64,000 nucleotides of DNA from assembly GCA_015484595.1 (NCBI GenBank), contig WFMM01000152.1:3842-67841 (forward strand), in the 5' to 3' direction. The notes beneath the pieces were generated by a model that saw only the letters and a program-made list of their open reading frames with translations, was not told where the DNA came from and ran no database searches. This stretch comes from Nitrospirota bacterium (GTDB lineage Bacteria; Nitrospirota; Thermodesulfovibrionia; Thermodesulfovibrionales; JdFR-85). This document shows, one piece after another, positions 45,291 through 55,168 of this stretch (position 1 is its first letter; the number at the start of each line of letters is the position of its first letter). A program made the position numbers and the translations under genes.

Positions 45291-46334
45291 ATGGGAGCAT
45301 TGTTATCCTTTGGAGCTGTTGTGGTTCTTTTGCTTATCCCTGCCATCGGTGCTGGTGCCCTCAAACTCCACTCTCTGTTTGGTGTGGTAATTCCCTACCT
45401 GGCTGTTATAGTTTTTCTTGTAGGACTGATAAACAGGGTAATCGGCTGGGGAAAGGTGCCTGTGCCTTTCAAGATTCCGACCACCTGCGGACAGCAGAAA
45501 TCACTCCCCTGGATTAAGCACAGCAGGCTTGAATCTCCAGCAACCGGTGGTGAGGTGTTCTTGAGGATGGTTCTTGAGGTGTTGTTTTTCAGGTCACTGT
45601 TCAGGAATCTGAGAACCGAAAAGGCTCCTGGTGACCGCGTGGTTTACGGCTCTTCAAAGTGGTTGTGGGTAGCAGGGCTGGCCTTTCACTATTCCTTCCT
45701 TATTGTGTTTCTGAGGCATCTGAGGTTCTTTAAACAACCCACACCAAAGATAATAGGGATTATTGAAAGCTTTGATGGCTTTCTGCAGATAGGCTCACCA
45801 CACCTCTTAGTAACAGGGCTTGTGCTTTTTGGAGCGGTTTTTTATCTCTTTTTAAGAAGAATCTTTGTCCCCCAGGTTCGTTACATCTCGCTTCCTGCTG
45901 ACTATTTCCCGCTGTTTCTGATAATGGCAATAGCTGGCACAGGTATGTTGATGAGGTATTTTCTGAGGGTTGATATTATAAAGGTCAAAGAGCTTACCAT
46001 GGGGCTTGCCACCTTTCATCCAAAGGTGCCTGAAGGTATTAGTGTTATCTTTTACATACACCTCTTTCTTGTTTCAACCCTTTTTGCATATTTCCCCTTC
46101 AGCAAGATGGTTCACCTTGGGGGTGTTTTCCTGAGTCCAACGAGAAACTTAGCTAACAACACCCGCATGGTCCATCATCCAAACCCCTGGAATTATCCTG
46201 TGAAGGTTCATACCTATGAGGAGTACGAAGAGGAGTTCAGAGACAAGATGATAGCCGCGGGTATACCTGTTGAAAAACAGCCTGAACCAAGGGAAGAGGA
46301 ACAACCCACAGAAGAAAGCGAAGGAAAGGAGTGA
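45291..46334 (+). CDS. dsrM: DsrM (NarI-like membrane dihaem b subunit)
   Basis: 347 aa, multi-TM with conserved His in the helices. It is the first gene of the MKJOP order. Confidence 0.9.
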   Translation: MGALLSFGAVVVLLLIPAIGAGALKLHSLFGVVIPYLAVIVFLVGLINRVIGWGKVPVPFKIPTTCGQQKSLPWIKHSRLESPATGGEVFLRMVLEVLFFRSLFRNLRTEKAPGDRVVYGSSKWLWVAGLAFHYSFLIVFLRHLRFFKQPTPKIIGIIESFDGFLQIGSPHLLVTGLVLFGAVFYLFLRRIFVPQVRYISLPADYFPLFLIMAIAGTGMLMRYFLRVDIIKVKELTMGLATFHPKVPEGISVIFYIHLFLVSTLFAYFPFSKMVHLGGVFLSPTRNLANNTRMVHHPNPWNYPVKVHTYEEYEEEFRDKMIAAGIPVEKQPEPREEEQPTEESEGKE

Positions 46335-46338
46335 TACC

Positions 46339-47970
46339 ATGTCAAAACAGCCAAAGCCACCAAAGCCCGACGAATTAGCAAAGTCAATAGAATACAAAAC
46401 TCCTGAAACTCAATGGATGGAAACCCCTGTAAAGTTTAAACCTGGTATGTGGTGCTATGGCTCAAGGCCAAAGTACCTTGAAGAAGTGGGCATGCCTAAC
46501 CCAAGGGAGTGGTCACCCGCAGATGACGATTGGAAGCTACCTGAGAACTGGAAAGAAATCGTGCTCGACGGGATGAAAGACCGTCTTGGCAAGTACAGGA
46601 CCTTCAAGCTCTTTATGGACATATGCGTTCGTTGTGGGGCCTGTGCTGACAAGTGTCACTTTTACATAGGATCGGGTGACCCAAAGAACATGCCTGTATT
46701 AAGGGCAGAGCTAATGCGGTCTGTTTACAGAAAGTACTTCACCACTGGCGGAAAACTATTTGGAAAGACCGCAGGTGCCCGTGAGCTTACAGAGGATGTA
46801 ATAAAGGAATGGTGGTATTACTACTATCAGTGCACCGAGTGCCGTCGTTGTTCTGTTTTTTGTCCCTATGGTATTGACACGGCTGAGATAACAATAATGG
46901 GCAGGGAGCTTACCAATCTCCTGGGTCTTCAGACCGACTGGATAGGCGGTCCAGTGGCAAACTGCTATCACAAGGGTAACCACCTCGGGCTTGAGCCCCA
47001 CACGATACAGAGCAACATAGAGATGATGTGTGATGATATAGAGGAGATAACAGGTATAAGGATTGAACCAACTTTTAATCGTAAGGGAGCTGAGATACTC
47101 TTTGTAACACCCTCTGGTGACCTTTTTGGTCTTCCTGGAATTTATACCTGTATGGGATACCTGATGCTCTTTCACGAGCTTGGTCTTGATTACACATGGA
47201 GCACCTATGCCTCTGAGGGTGGTAACTTTGGCTTCTTTACATCAAACGAGATGGCCAAGAGGCTTCATTACAAGATATACGCAGAGGCAAAGCGTCTTGG
47301 CGTTAAGTGGATACTGGGTGGTGAGTGTGGTCACATGTGGAGGCTCGTTCATCAGTATCTGAACACCTGGTGGGGACCACCGGACTTTCTTGAGGTTCCA
47401 AAATCTCCAATAACTGGTACTGTCTTTGAAAATGCCAAAAGCACAAAGATGGTCCATGTTACCGAGTTTACGGCTGACCTCATCAAGCACGGCAAGATAA
47501 AACTTGACCCAAGTCGTAATGATCATCTGAAGATAACATTCCACGACTCCTGTAACACATCCAGAGGAATGGGTATCTTTGAAGAACCCCGTTACATCAT
47601 AAAGCATGTGGCAAGGCATTTTTACGAGATGCCTGAGAATACCATCAGGGAGAAGACCTTCTGCTGTGGAAGTGGTTCAGGATTGAATGCTGGTGAGAAC
47701 ATGGAGCTCAGGATGCGTGGTGGATTCCCGAGGGCCAACGCTGTCAGGTATGTCCACGAAAAATACGGCGTAAACATGCTTGCCAATATATGTGCAATTG
47801 ACAGGGCAGCACTTCCGACCCTGATGCAGTACTGGGTACCCGAGGTTGATGTCTGCGGTGTTCACGAACTGGTTGGTAATGCACTGGTGATGACCGGAGA
47901 GAAGAAGAGAACCATGGATCTCAGGTTAGAGCCGCTTCCTGGAATGGAAGATGAGGAAGAGGAGGAATAA
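46339..47970 (+). CDS. dsrK: DsrK (HdrD-like FeS/CCG-domain subunit)
   Basis: The start is taken at MSKQPKPP, with AAGGAAAGGAG upstream. It has the ferredoxin motifs CVRCGACADKC and CTECRRCSVFCP, and the CCG motif FCCGSGSG. Confidence 0.92.
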   Translation: MSKQPKPPKPDELAKSIEYKTPETQWMETPVKFKPGMWCYGSRPKYLEEVGMPNPREWSPADDDWKLPENWKEIVLDGMKDRLGKYRTFKLFMDICVRCGACADKCHFYIGSGDPKNMPVLRAELMRSVYRKYFTTGGKLFGKTAGARELTEDVIKEWWYYYYQCTECRRCSVFCPYGIDTAEITIMGRELTNLLGLQTDWIGGPVANCYHKGNHLGLEPHTIQSNIEMMCDDIEEITGIRIEPTFNRKGAEILFVTPSGDLFGLPGIYTCMGYLMLFHELGLDYTWSTYASEGGNFGFFTSNEMAKRLHYKIYAEAKRLGVKWILGGECGHMWRLVHQYLNTWWGPPDFLEVPKSPITGTVFENAKSTKMVHVTEFTADLIKHGKIKLDPSRNDHLKITFHDSCNTSRGMGIFEEPRYIIKHVARHFYEMPENTIREKTFCCGSGSGLNAGENMELRMRGGFPRANAVRYVHEKYGVNMLANICAIDRAALPTLMQYWVPEVDVCGVHELVGNALVMTGEKKRTMDLRLEPLPGMEDEEEEE

Positions 47971-47996
47971 TCTTATGAACAGGAAGGAGGTCAACC

Positions 47997-48404
47997 ATGT
48001 ATGACGGTGGAAAGATAATAGCAGGGATAATAATCTTCCTGGCCTTTGCCTTGTTCCCCTTTTATTCTAACATCGGCAAGGCCGATATAAAGCCTCCAAA
48101 GCCGAGCCTCGACACTCCTGTTATCAAGGCACTGAAGGTTAAGAAATGTGTTGAGCCAGAACAGTATATGAGGGAATCACACATGCAATTACTCATAAAA
48201 TGGAGAGATTCAGCTTTGAGGCATGCTAAGAGGGTATATGTAAATTCAAATGGTGAAGAGTATGTGATCAGCCTTCAGAAGACCTGTCTGAGGTGTCACT
48301 CAAACCGTTCGGAGTTCTGTGATAGGTGCCATAAGTATGCAGATGTTGACCCCTATTGCTGGGACTGTCACTTTTCCAAAGCCAAACAGGAGGAGCAGAG
48401 ATGA
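47997..48404 (+). CDS. dsrJ: DsrJ (membrane-anchored trihaem cytochrome c)
   Basis: 135 aa with an N-terminal TM and three CXXCH motifs (CLRCH, CDRCH, CWDCH). Confidence 0.9.
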   Translation: MYDGGKIIAGIIIFLAFALFPFYSNIGKADIKPPKPSLDTPVIKALKVKKCVEPEQYMRESHMQLLIKWRDSALRHAKRVYVNSNGEEYVISLQKTCLRCHSNRSEFCDRCHKYADVDPYCWDCHFSKAKQEEQR

Positions 48405-49198
48405 GCATAAACAGGAGAGAATTTTTAAAATACGCTGGTCTTACCTGTATAGGTGTTGGTGTGGGTGGTGCCCAGTTATTTGTAACGAGGGTAAAGCCAG
48501 CATTCTCTGATTTTAAACCTGCTGACTATGCCCTTAAGGCCAAACGCTGGGCAATAGTGATTGACCTCAGGAAGTTTAAGACTGAAGAGGACTACAAAAA
48601 GGTTATAGAGGCCTGTCACAGCATTCACAATGTTCCTGATTTTGGTGATGACAAGCAGCACGAGATAAAGTGGATATGGACAGAGGATTTTGAGCACTCC
48701 TTCCCTCACCAGCAAAACAAATTCATTCCAAAGACAGTTGAGGAAAAGCCAGTGCTTCTTCTCTGTAACCACTGCACCTATGCTCCATGCACAAGGGTCT
48801 GTCCAACAAAGGCGACCTTTAAGCGTCCTGATGGTATAACTGCACAGGATTATCATCGCTGCATTGGTTGCCGTTTCTGTATGGCAGCCTGTCCCTACGG
48901 TGCAAGGAGCTTTAACTGGCTTGATCCAAGACCTCACATAAGGCATGTAAACCCTGAGTTTCCTACCAGGACACCAGGTGTGGTGGAGAAGTGCAACTTC
49001 TGTGTTGAAAGGCTTGACCTTGGCAAAGGACCTGCCTGCGTTGAGGCATCAGAGGGTAAGATGATGTATGGTGACCTTGCAGATCCCAACTCTGAAATAA
49101 GACGCTACCTTGATGAGAATTTCAGTATCCGTCGTAAACCTGAGCTTGGAACACAACCAGCTGTGTTTTACATAATAGGAGGTGAAGAAGATGCTTGA
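48401..49198 (+). CDS. dsrO: DsrO (Tat-exported 4Fe-4S ferredoxin-like subunit)
   Basis: The start is at MSINRREFLKYAG, a twin-arginine signal, with AGGAGG upstream and an ATGA overlap with dsrJ. Multiple CxxCxxCxxxCP clusters are present. Confidence 0.9.
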   Translation: MSINRREFLKYAGLTCIGVGVGGAQLFVTRVKPAFSDFKPADYALKAKRWAIVIDLRKFKTEEDYKKVIEACHSIHNVPDFGDDKQHEIKWIWTEDFEHSFPHQQNKFIPKTVEEKPVLLLCNHCTYAPCTRVCPTKATFKRPDGITAQDYHRCIGCRFCMAACPYGARSFNWLDPRPHIRHVNPEFPTRTPGVVEKCNFCVERLDLGKGPACVEASEGKMMYGDLADPNSEIRRYLDENFSIRRKPELGTQPAVFYIIGGEEDA

Positions 49199-50369
49199 GA
49201 AGGCACTAAATGGTGGTAAGAGATACTGGACTCTGATTTTTATACTACTTGGTATATCGGCGGTAGGCTTTTTTACTTACCTGTATCAGTTAAAGACAGG
49301 ACTGGGTATTACAGGTATGAGCAGGGATGTTTCATGGGGATTTTATGTTGGCCAGTTTACCTTCCTTGTTGGTGTTGCTGCATCGGCAGTGATGCTGGTG
49401 ATACCCTATTATCTGCATAACTATAAAAAGTTCAGTAAGATCGTCATACTTGGAGAGTTTCTGGCTGTATCAGCGGTTACCATGTGTCTGCTCTTTATCT
49501 TCGTGGATATGGGCCAGCCCATGAGGATATTCAATGTTATAATCCATCCAACACCCCACTCCATACTTTTCTGGGATGCTATAGTTCTTAACGGTTATCT
49601 CTTTCTTAACATTGTGATTGGCTGGAATACGCTTCAGGCTGAGATAAAGGAGGTACCACCACCAAAGTGGGTAAAGGCACTTGTTTATGTGTCAGTTCCC
49701 TGGGCAGTTAGTATTCATACGGTAACGGCCTTTATTTATGCTGGTCTGCCTGGCAGGGAGTTCTGGCTTACTGCTATCATGGCAGCACGATTTCTTGCCT
49801 CTGCATTTGCAGCAGGCCCTGCATTGCTGATAATACTTGCCATGATAATAAGAAAGTACACCAAATTCGACCCAGGTTATGAGCCTATACAGTCTGTGGC
49901 TAAGATAGTTGCCTATGCCATGTGCGTAAACTTCTTCTTTATATTGCTTGAGCTCTTTACAGCTCTTTACAGTAACATTCCTGGTCATGTGCTTCCCTTT
50001 AAATATCTGTTTTTTGGTATCAATGGGCACATGAGGCTTGTTCCACTTATGTGGCTCAGTATATTCTTCTCTCTCTTTGCTATTTTCCTTCTGGTATGGC
50101 CACCTACAAGGCGCAATGAGACCACCATGCTTTTTGCCTGTATAATTGGTTTTATCTCCCTTTGGATAGACAAGGGTTTTGGGCTCGTTATTGGTGGTTT
50201 TATTCCTAACCCCTTTGAGAAGGTATTTGAATACTGGCCAACTTTTCCAGAGCTTGTTATTACCATTGGTGTTTATGCGGTCGGATTCTTAGTGTTAACC
50301 ATACTTTACAAGGTGGCAGTAAGTATCAGGGAGCAGCAGGCTGAGTCAGGAAGCGAGCCCGTGCACTAA
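49191..50369 (+). CDS. dsrP: DsrP (NrfD-like integral membrane subunit)
   Basis: About 392 aa with roughly 10 TM helices. ATG 49191 has GGAGG about 9 nt upstream. A GTG at 49182 is an alternative start. Confidence 0.9.
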   Translation: MLEKALNGGKRYWTLIFILLGISAVGFFTYLYQLKTGLGITGMSRDVSWGFYVGQFTFLVGVAASAVMLVIPYYLHNYKKFSKIVILGEFLAVSAVTMCLLFIFVDMGQPMRIFNVIIHPTPHSILFWDAIVLNGYLFLNIVIGWNTLQAEIKEVPPPKWVKALVYVSVPWAVSIHTVTAFIYAGLPGREFWLTAIMAARFLASAFAAGPALLIILAMIIRKYTKFDPGYEPIQSVAKIVAYAMCVNFFFILLELFTALYSNIPGHVLPFKYLFFGINGHMRLVPLMWLSIFFSLFAIFLLVWPPTRRNETTMLFACIIGFISLWIDKGFGLVIGGFIPNPFEKVFEYWPTFPELVITIGVYAVGFLVLTILYKVAVSIREQQAESGSEPVH

Positions 50370-50405
50370 AAAGTCATAGAAATAAACAACTTATTGTAGA
50401 GAATG

Positions 50406-50438
50406 GGAGGACACAAAGCTGTCCTCCTTTTTTTATTT
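50406..50438 (+). terminator. Rho-independent terminator after dsrP
   Basis: GGAGGACA-caaagc-TGTCCTCC is followed by TTTTTTTATTT. Confidence 0.7.
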
Positions 50439-50489
50439 GTCTTAAATTGCAAGATATAAGATTGCGAATAATAAATAATGGTGGGTTTA

Positions 50490-51077
50490 TCAGTAGTTCT
50501 TTTTAAGCTCCTTAAGTACCTGCTTTCCCACATCCTTGAGGGTTTCAAAGACACCCTTTCCCTCGGTAGCCACAGCCTCGTACCAGGGGACATTATCAGG
50601 GTTTAAAACCCTCTGCATCTCCTCAACCGGAACCACATTGGGCAGGTCTCTTTTGTTGTACTGTATGGTAAAGGGGAGTTTTTCAAGCTCAAAGCCATAC
50701 TCGGCAAGGTTTATCTTCAGGTCTTCAAGGCTTTCTATGTTTGCATCCATTCGCTCTATCTGTGAGTCAGCCACAAAGACCACTCCATCAACGCCTTTGA
50801 GGATTAATTTTCTGCTTGCTGCATAAAAGACCTGTCCAGGCACGGTGTAGAGGTGAAACCTTACCCTGAATCCCTTGATGTCACCAAGGGCGAGGGGAAG
50901 GAAGTCAAAAAACAGTGTTCGCTCAGTCTCTGTAGCAAGAGAGATGAGTTTTCCCTTCTGCTCAGGGGCGGTGCTACGGTAGATAAACTGCAGGTTCGTG
51001 GTCTTTCCACAAAGACCTGGCCCGTAGTAGACTATCTTACAGTTAATCTCCCTTGTTGAGTAATTTATAAAAGCCAT
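50490..51077 (-). CDS. mglA: Ras-like small GTPase MglA
   Basis: 195 aa. KIVYYGPGLCGKTTN is the P-loop, FLPLALG...HLYTVPGQ is present, and the length is the typical MglA length. Confidence 0.9.
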   Translation of the reverse strand: MAFINYSTREINCKIVYYGPGLCGKTTNLQFIYRSTAPEQKGKLISLATETERTLFFDFLPLALGDIKGFRVRFHLYTVPGQVFYAASRKLILKGVDGVVFVADSQIERMDANIESLEDLKINLAEYGFELEKLPFTIQYNKRDLPNVVPVEEMQRVLNPDNVPWYEAVATEGKGVFETLKDVGKQVLKELKKNY

Positions 51078-51087
51078 AACTTTTATA

Positions 51088-51115
51088 CAGGGTGCAGGGG
51101 GTAGGGTGTAGTAAA
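51088..51115 (+). repeat. 7-bp TAGGGNN-family array in the mglB-mglA spacer
   Basis: The array reads cagggtg|caggggg|tagggtg|tagtaaa. Confidence 0.75.
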
Positions 51116-51149
51116 AAAACTTCTAACCCCATCCCCAATAACCATTAAC

Positions 51150-51177
51150 TAATACACCAATACACCAATATACAATC
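51150..51177. repeat. 8-bp tandem array (CAATACAC)
   Basis: The array reads taatacac|caatacac|caatatac|aatc. Confidence 0.7.
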
Positions 51178-51179
51178 TT

Positions 51180-51665
51180 TTATCCAAACAATTTATCTAT
51201 ATCCTCATCTGTTATCTCAGCAAAGGGTGATGTGTCAGCTGCTGTCTTTTTTTCAGCCTGTGCCTTACGGTCAAGCTCAATAAATATCTTCTCCAGTGTC
51301 TGGGTAGATTTTTTTACCCTGAGTCGCACAAGACCAAGAGAGGTCCTCTGGTCAAAGACGACCACGAGTATTACCCGGTTTGCAATCAGTGATATGTGAA
51401 TGTTGTCCCGTTCCCCCTCGTGAAAGAGTATGGAAAACTCCTTCTGACCAAGAAGCTTTGCAATTCCGCCTGTGGCTGCAATGTTTCCCGCTGTAAGGGA
51501 TGCAAGGGCAGTTGTGTCAATGTCGTGTGTTTCTCCTGCTGAGGCTATGAGCTGTCCGTTTTTGTCCACCAGGAAAACAAGCTTTGCATTGGAGAGTTGA
51601 TGAAGCTTTTTAAGCTCCTCATCAATCCTCCGAAACTCCTCCTCGTACATTACGATCTCTGACAT
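51180..51665 (-). CDS. mglB: Roadblock/LC7-domain protein MglB (GAP of MglA)
   Basis: 161 aa. The LC7 pattern is present (KLVFLVDKNGQLIAS...ALASLTAGNIAATGGIAK), and the gene is upstream of mglA on the same strand. Confidence 0.8.
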   Translation of the reverse strand: MSEIVMYEEEFRRIDEELKKLHQLSNAKLVFLVDKNGQLIASAGETHDIDTTALASLTAGNIAATGGIAKLLGQKEFSILFHEGERDNIHISLIANRVILVVVFDQRTSLGLVRLRVKKSTQTLEKIFIELDRKAQAEKKTAADTSPFAEITDEDIDKLFG

Positions 51666-51713
51666 ATTCCCACCTGTAAAATATTAATTCCAAATACTAA
51701 AAAATCCAAGTAA

Positions 51714-51769
51714 AATTCTAAATCCTAAATTCTAATTTCTAAACAAATCACAAATATTAAATTCCAATT
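51714..51769. repeat. 7-bp tandem array (AAATTCT, the complement orientation of the TTAGGAT family)
   Basis: The array reads aaattct|aaatcct|aaattct|aatttct|aaacaaa|tcacaaa|tattaaa|ttccaat. Confidence 0.7.
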
Positions 51770-51819
51770 TTTCAAACAACATCATTTAAAATTGGTTACT
51801 AAATCATTAAGTCATTATC

Positions 51820-52773
51820 CTATTCCCCCTCCTCTGCCTTCCACATCCTTTCTTCCCTTAAAAGGTCTTCCCACTCTTTATCGACCAGTTCCTGTGCCTT
51901 CTTGAGTAGATGCTCGTTTTCTGGTGAAAAGAGGTGTTTAAACCTGCCCTGGGTTTTGAGAAACTCAACAACTGGTTTCTTTTCCTTTGGTTTCTGGTTT
52001 ATAGTAAGTTTACCATTTTCATACTCATAGAGGGGCCAGAAACAGGTCTCAACGGCAAGTTTACAGTCCTCTATTGCCCTGTCCGTTGGGGTTCTCCATC
52101 CACGGTTACAGGAGGAAAGCACATTAATAAAGGCAGGCCCGTCCACCTCAAGTGCCTTACGAACCTTTGTCATAAGGTCACGCCAGTGGGCAGGTGTTGT
52201 CTGTGCAACATAGGGGATACCGTGGGCTGCCATTATCTTTGTGAGGTTTTTCCTTGGCTGCAGTTTACCCGGGATTACCTTTCCTGCTGGGCTTGTGGTG
52301 GTGTTTGCACCAAGTGGAGTGGCACTTGAACGCTGTATGCCTGTGTTCATGTATGCACCATTGTCATAGCATATGTAAACTATGTCGTGGCCTCGCTCCA
52401 TGGCACCTGAGAGGCTCTGGAATCCGATGTCGTATGTTCCTCCATCACCACCAAAGGCGATAAACTTTATTCTCTCTTTGATCTTGCCCTTTTTCTTCAA
52501 TGCCCTGTACATGGCTTCAACCCCTGAGAGCGTGGCTGCTGCGTTTTCAAAGGCAGTGTGTATCCAGGGCACCTTCCATGCTGAATAGGGATATATGGTT
52601 GTTGATACCTCAAGACAACCAGTGGCATTTGCCACCACAACAGGCATCTCTGCAGCAAGCAGCACCTGCCTTATAGCAATTGGTGCACCACAGCCTGCAC
52701 ACATCCTGTGGCCACCTGTAAGAAGGTCTTCTTTCTTTGAAAGCTCCTTTAATCTTAATGGTGTTGTACTCAT
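51820..52773 (-). CDS. porB: 2-oxoacid (probably pyruvate):ferredoxin oxidoreductase beta subunit (TPP-binding)
   Basis: 317 aa containing GCG...CAGCG and the GDGG..DIG TPP motif. It is the last gene in the G-D-A-B order. Confidence 0.85.
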   Translation of the reverse strand: MSTTPLRLKELSKKEDLLTGGHRMCAGCGAPIAIRQVLLAAEMPVVVANATGCLEVSTTIYPYSAWKVPWIHTAFENAAATLSGVEAMYRALKKKGKIKERIKFIAFGGDGGTYDIGFQSLSGAMERGHDIVYICYDNGAYMNTGIQRSSATPLGANTTTSPAGKVIPGKLQPRKNLTKIMAAHGIPYVAQTTPAHWRDLMTKVRKALEVDGPAFINVLSSCNRGWRTPTDRAIEDCKLAVETCFWPLYEYENGKLTINQKPKEKKPVVEFLKTQGRFKHLFSPENEHLLKKAQELVDKEWEDLLREERMWKAEEGE

Positions 52774-52793
52774 AACCCAACTCCTTTCATAAA

Positions 52794-52837
52794 GCGTTTA
52801 TTGCTTAAATGCATTTATAGCGTTACTTGCGAATTAT
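52794..52837. repeat. 9-bp GCGTT-family array filling the porA-porB intercistronic gap
   Basis: The array reads gcgtttatt|gcttaaat|gcatttata|gcgttactt|gcgaattat and overlaps the porA stop. Confidence 0.7.
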
Positions 52838-54012
52838 TCCCTCACTCCTAAGTAGTCTTTATAAAGCTTTACCTTGCCTGTCTCTGCAATCTCTTTCAGT
52901 TCGTCAATAACCATGGCGGCATGCTCGGGCATGAAGTCTCTGCCACCAAGACCATAGATTTTATTTATCATTATTGGCTTTGAGCCATTGGTCATCATGG
53001 CTGAGGCAATCTCCATGTACATTGGGCCAAAGCCACCAAAGCTCTCTGCCCTGTCAAGCACACCAATAACCTTAACACCTGAAAGTGCCTCTGCAACCTC
53101 TTCGTAAGGGAATGGTCTGAAGAGCCTTGGCTTTAAAAGACCCACCTTTATGCCTCTGTCTCTGTACTCGTCTATCACATCCTTACAAGTTCCAGCAGCT
53201 GAGTTAAGGACCACTATGGCAAGCTCAGCATCATCAAGCCTGTAGGCCTCAAAAAGCCCGTAACTACGGCCTGAGACCTTTTCAAACTCCTTTGCAACCT
53301 CAAGCACCACATCCTTGACATGAAGCATTGCCTCATGCTGCTGACGCTTAAACTCCATGAAGTAATCTGGCAGAACCAGTGGCCCCATGGTTACGGGGTT
53401 TTCTATATCAAGTAATGGGTTTTTGGGTTTGTATTCACCAATAAAGTCTTTCACCACATCATCTGGTAAAAACTCCATGCTCTCTATTGAATGGCTGATA
53501 ATAAAACCATCCATGTTAACCATGGCTGGCAGTCTTACATCCTCGTGCTCGGCAATTCTTATTGCCTGAATCAGGTTGTCATAGGCCTCCTGGCCATTTT
53601 CAGACCAGAGCTGTACCCAGCCACAGTCCCTTGCACCCATACCGTCAGAGTGGTCGCCATGGATATTTATGGGAGCTGAAAGAGCCCTGTTCACAAGGGT
53701 CATAACTATAGGCATCCTCATTCCAGATGCAATATGAAGCATCTCCCACATAAGTGCAAGACCCTGCGAACTTGTAGCCGTCATTACACGGCCTCCTGCA
53801 GCAGAAGCACCAATACAGGCACTCATTGCACTGTGTTCACTCTCAACAGTGACAAGTTCTGTGTCAACCTTTCCGTCTGCCACAAAGGCAGCGAAACGCT
53901 GCATTACCTCGGTTGAGGGAGTAATAGGGTATGCAGCACAGACATCGGGGTTTATCTGTCTCATGGCCTCTGCAATGGCCTGATTACCTGTAACAGCAAG
54001 TACCTTTCCCAT
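52834..54012 (-). CDS. porA: 2-oxoacid:ferredoxin oxidoreductase alpha subunit
   Basis: 392 aa with the typical PorA N-terminus (GNQAIAEA...AAYPITPSTE). Confidence 0.85.
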   Translation of the reverse strand: MGKVLAVTGNQAIAEAMRQINPDVCAAYPITPSTEVMQRFAAFVADGKVDTELVTVESEHSAMSACIGASAAGGRVMTATSSQGLALMWEMLHIASGMRMPIVMTLVNRALSAPINIHGDHSDGMGARDCGWVQLWSENGQEAYDNLIQAIRIAEHEDVRLPAMVNMDGFIISHSIESMEFLPDDVVKDFIGEYKPKNPLLDIENPVTMGPLVLPDYFMEFKRQQHEAMLHVKDVVLEVAKEFEKVSGRSYGLFEAYRLDDAELAIVVLNSAAGTCKDVIDEYRDRGIKVGLLKPRLFRPFPYEEVAEALSGVKVIGVLDRAESFGGFGPMYMEIASAMMTNGSKPIMINKIYGLGGRDFMPEHAAMVIDELKEIAETGKVKLYKDYLGVRE

Positions 54013-54013
54013 C

Positions 54014-54298
54014 TTATTTGCCCTCCTCTTCCATTACTATTGCCTTTTTGCCCTTTTTCCCTGGACACTCCATAGCGCAGATACCGCAGCCTTTACAGTG
54101 CATGTAGTCAAACTCGCCACGCTTTCCGTCTTTAACAGTGATTGCAGAATCAGGGCAGTATATCCAGCAAAAAAGACACTGTATACAGTTTTCCTCAATC
54201 CATACAGGTCTGAAGGCACGCCAGGAACCTGTATTATACTCATCAGCACTTCCTGCCTTTGTTAAGGCACCTATTTCAAGTTCTTTCCAGCCTTTCAT
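54014..54298 (-). CDS. porD: 2-oxoacid:ferredoxin oxidoreductase delta subunit (2x[4Fe-4S] ferredoxin)
   Basis: 94 aa with the CIQCLFCWIYCP and CKGCGICAMECP clusters. Confidence 0.85.
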   Translation of the reverse strand: MKGWKELEIGALTKAGSADEYNTGSWRAFRPVWIEENCIQCLFCWIYCPDSAITVKDGKRGEFDYMHCKGCGICAMECPGKKGKKAIVMEEEGK

Positions 54299-54870
54299 CC
54301 TTCCTTTACCTCCTCATATCCTCTTCTTGTTGCCTCAAGGTTGGCGGTAATAATCTTTTCAGAAAACTTACTTCCAAAGCTACCCTTTACATCTTCCAGG
54401 AGAGTGTCAAGGTCTACCAGTCCTGATGCCTTTGCAAGGGCTCCAAGCATGCAGGAGTTAGGCAGAGGTCTGCCAATGGTCTCAAGGGCAATCTTTGTTG
54501 CATCCACTGTATAGACCTTCTGGGTGTCTTTAAGCTTCATCTTCTGTCTGATCTCAGAGGGCTCCTTCCCTGTGTTAACCACAAAAATGGCATCATCCGG
54601 TGCGCCCTCGGTTACATCGATGCTGTCAAGCAATGTGGCATCAACCACAGCAACGATGTTAGGCTTTGTAACAGGGCAGTGCATTCTGAGGGGTTTGGAA
54701 CTGATGCGGTTATAGGCCCTCAGAGGAGCTCCAGCCCTTTCAGGACCGTATTCTGGGAATGCCTGAACATGCCTTCCACCGCTTAAGCAGGCATCGGCAA
54801 GCACCTTTGCTGCAGTAACCGTGCCCTGCCCGCCACGGCCATGCCATCTTATCTCAACTGTTTCTGCCAT
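54295..54870 (-). CDS. porG: 2-oxoacid:ferredoxin oxidoreductase gamma subunit
   Basis: 191 aa with the EIRWHGRGGQG signature. Confidence 0.85.
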   Translation of the reverse strand: MAETVEIRWHGRGGQGTVTAAKVLADACLSGGRHVQAFPEYGPERAGAPLRAYNRISSKPLRMHCPVTKPNIVAVVDATLLDSIDVTEGAPDDAIFVVNTGKEPSEIRQKMKLKDTQKVYTVDATKIALETIGRPLPNSCMLGALAKASGLVDLDTLLEDVKGSFGSKFSEKIITANLEATRRGYEEVKEG

Positions 54871-55168
54871 AGAATGCCTCCTGATAAAAATTTCTTTTTA
54901 ATTCAGGCATTATTTTATTCTATTGTATGTCAATATTGCAAGAAAATTGGCTATTTATAAGAAAATGTTATACTTATAAGAGGCTGTTCAAGAAAACTGA
55001 GGATATACACTGGGGCTTCGCCCCCAGACCCCCCGAAAATAGTATATTTTTGGTGTTTAGATACTGGGGGTAAAAGATTTTTAGAATAAGGAAATTTTGA
55101 TTAAAAATCAGTAAGTTAGAGCCTGTTGAACAGGCTCCTTATAAATTATGAAGGTAAGATATCGTGCT

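Noticed and set aside
46270-46338. 23-aa upstream extension of dsrK; similarly dsrO from 48356 and the LOG-like gene from 32417
   Set aside because: The extensions overlap the preceding genes. The internal ATGs have strong SDs, and for dsrO the internal start restores an N-terminal twin-arginine signal.
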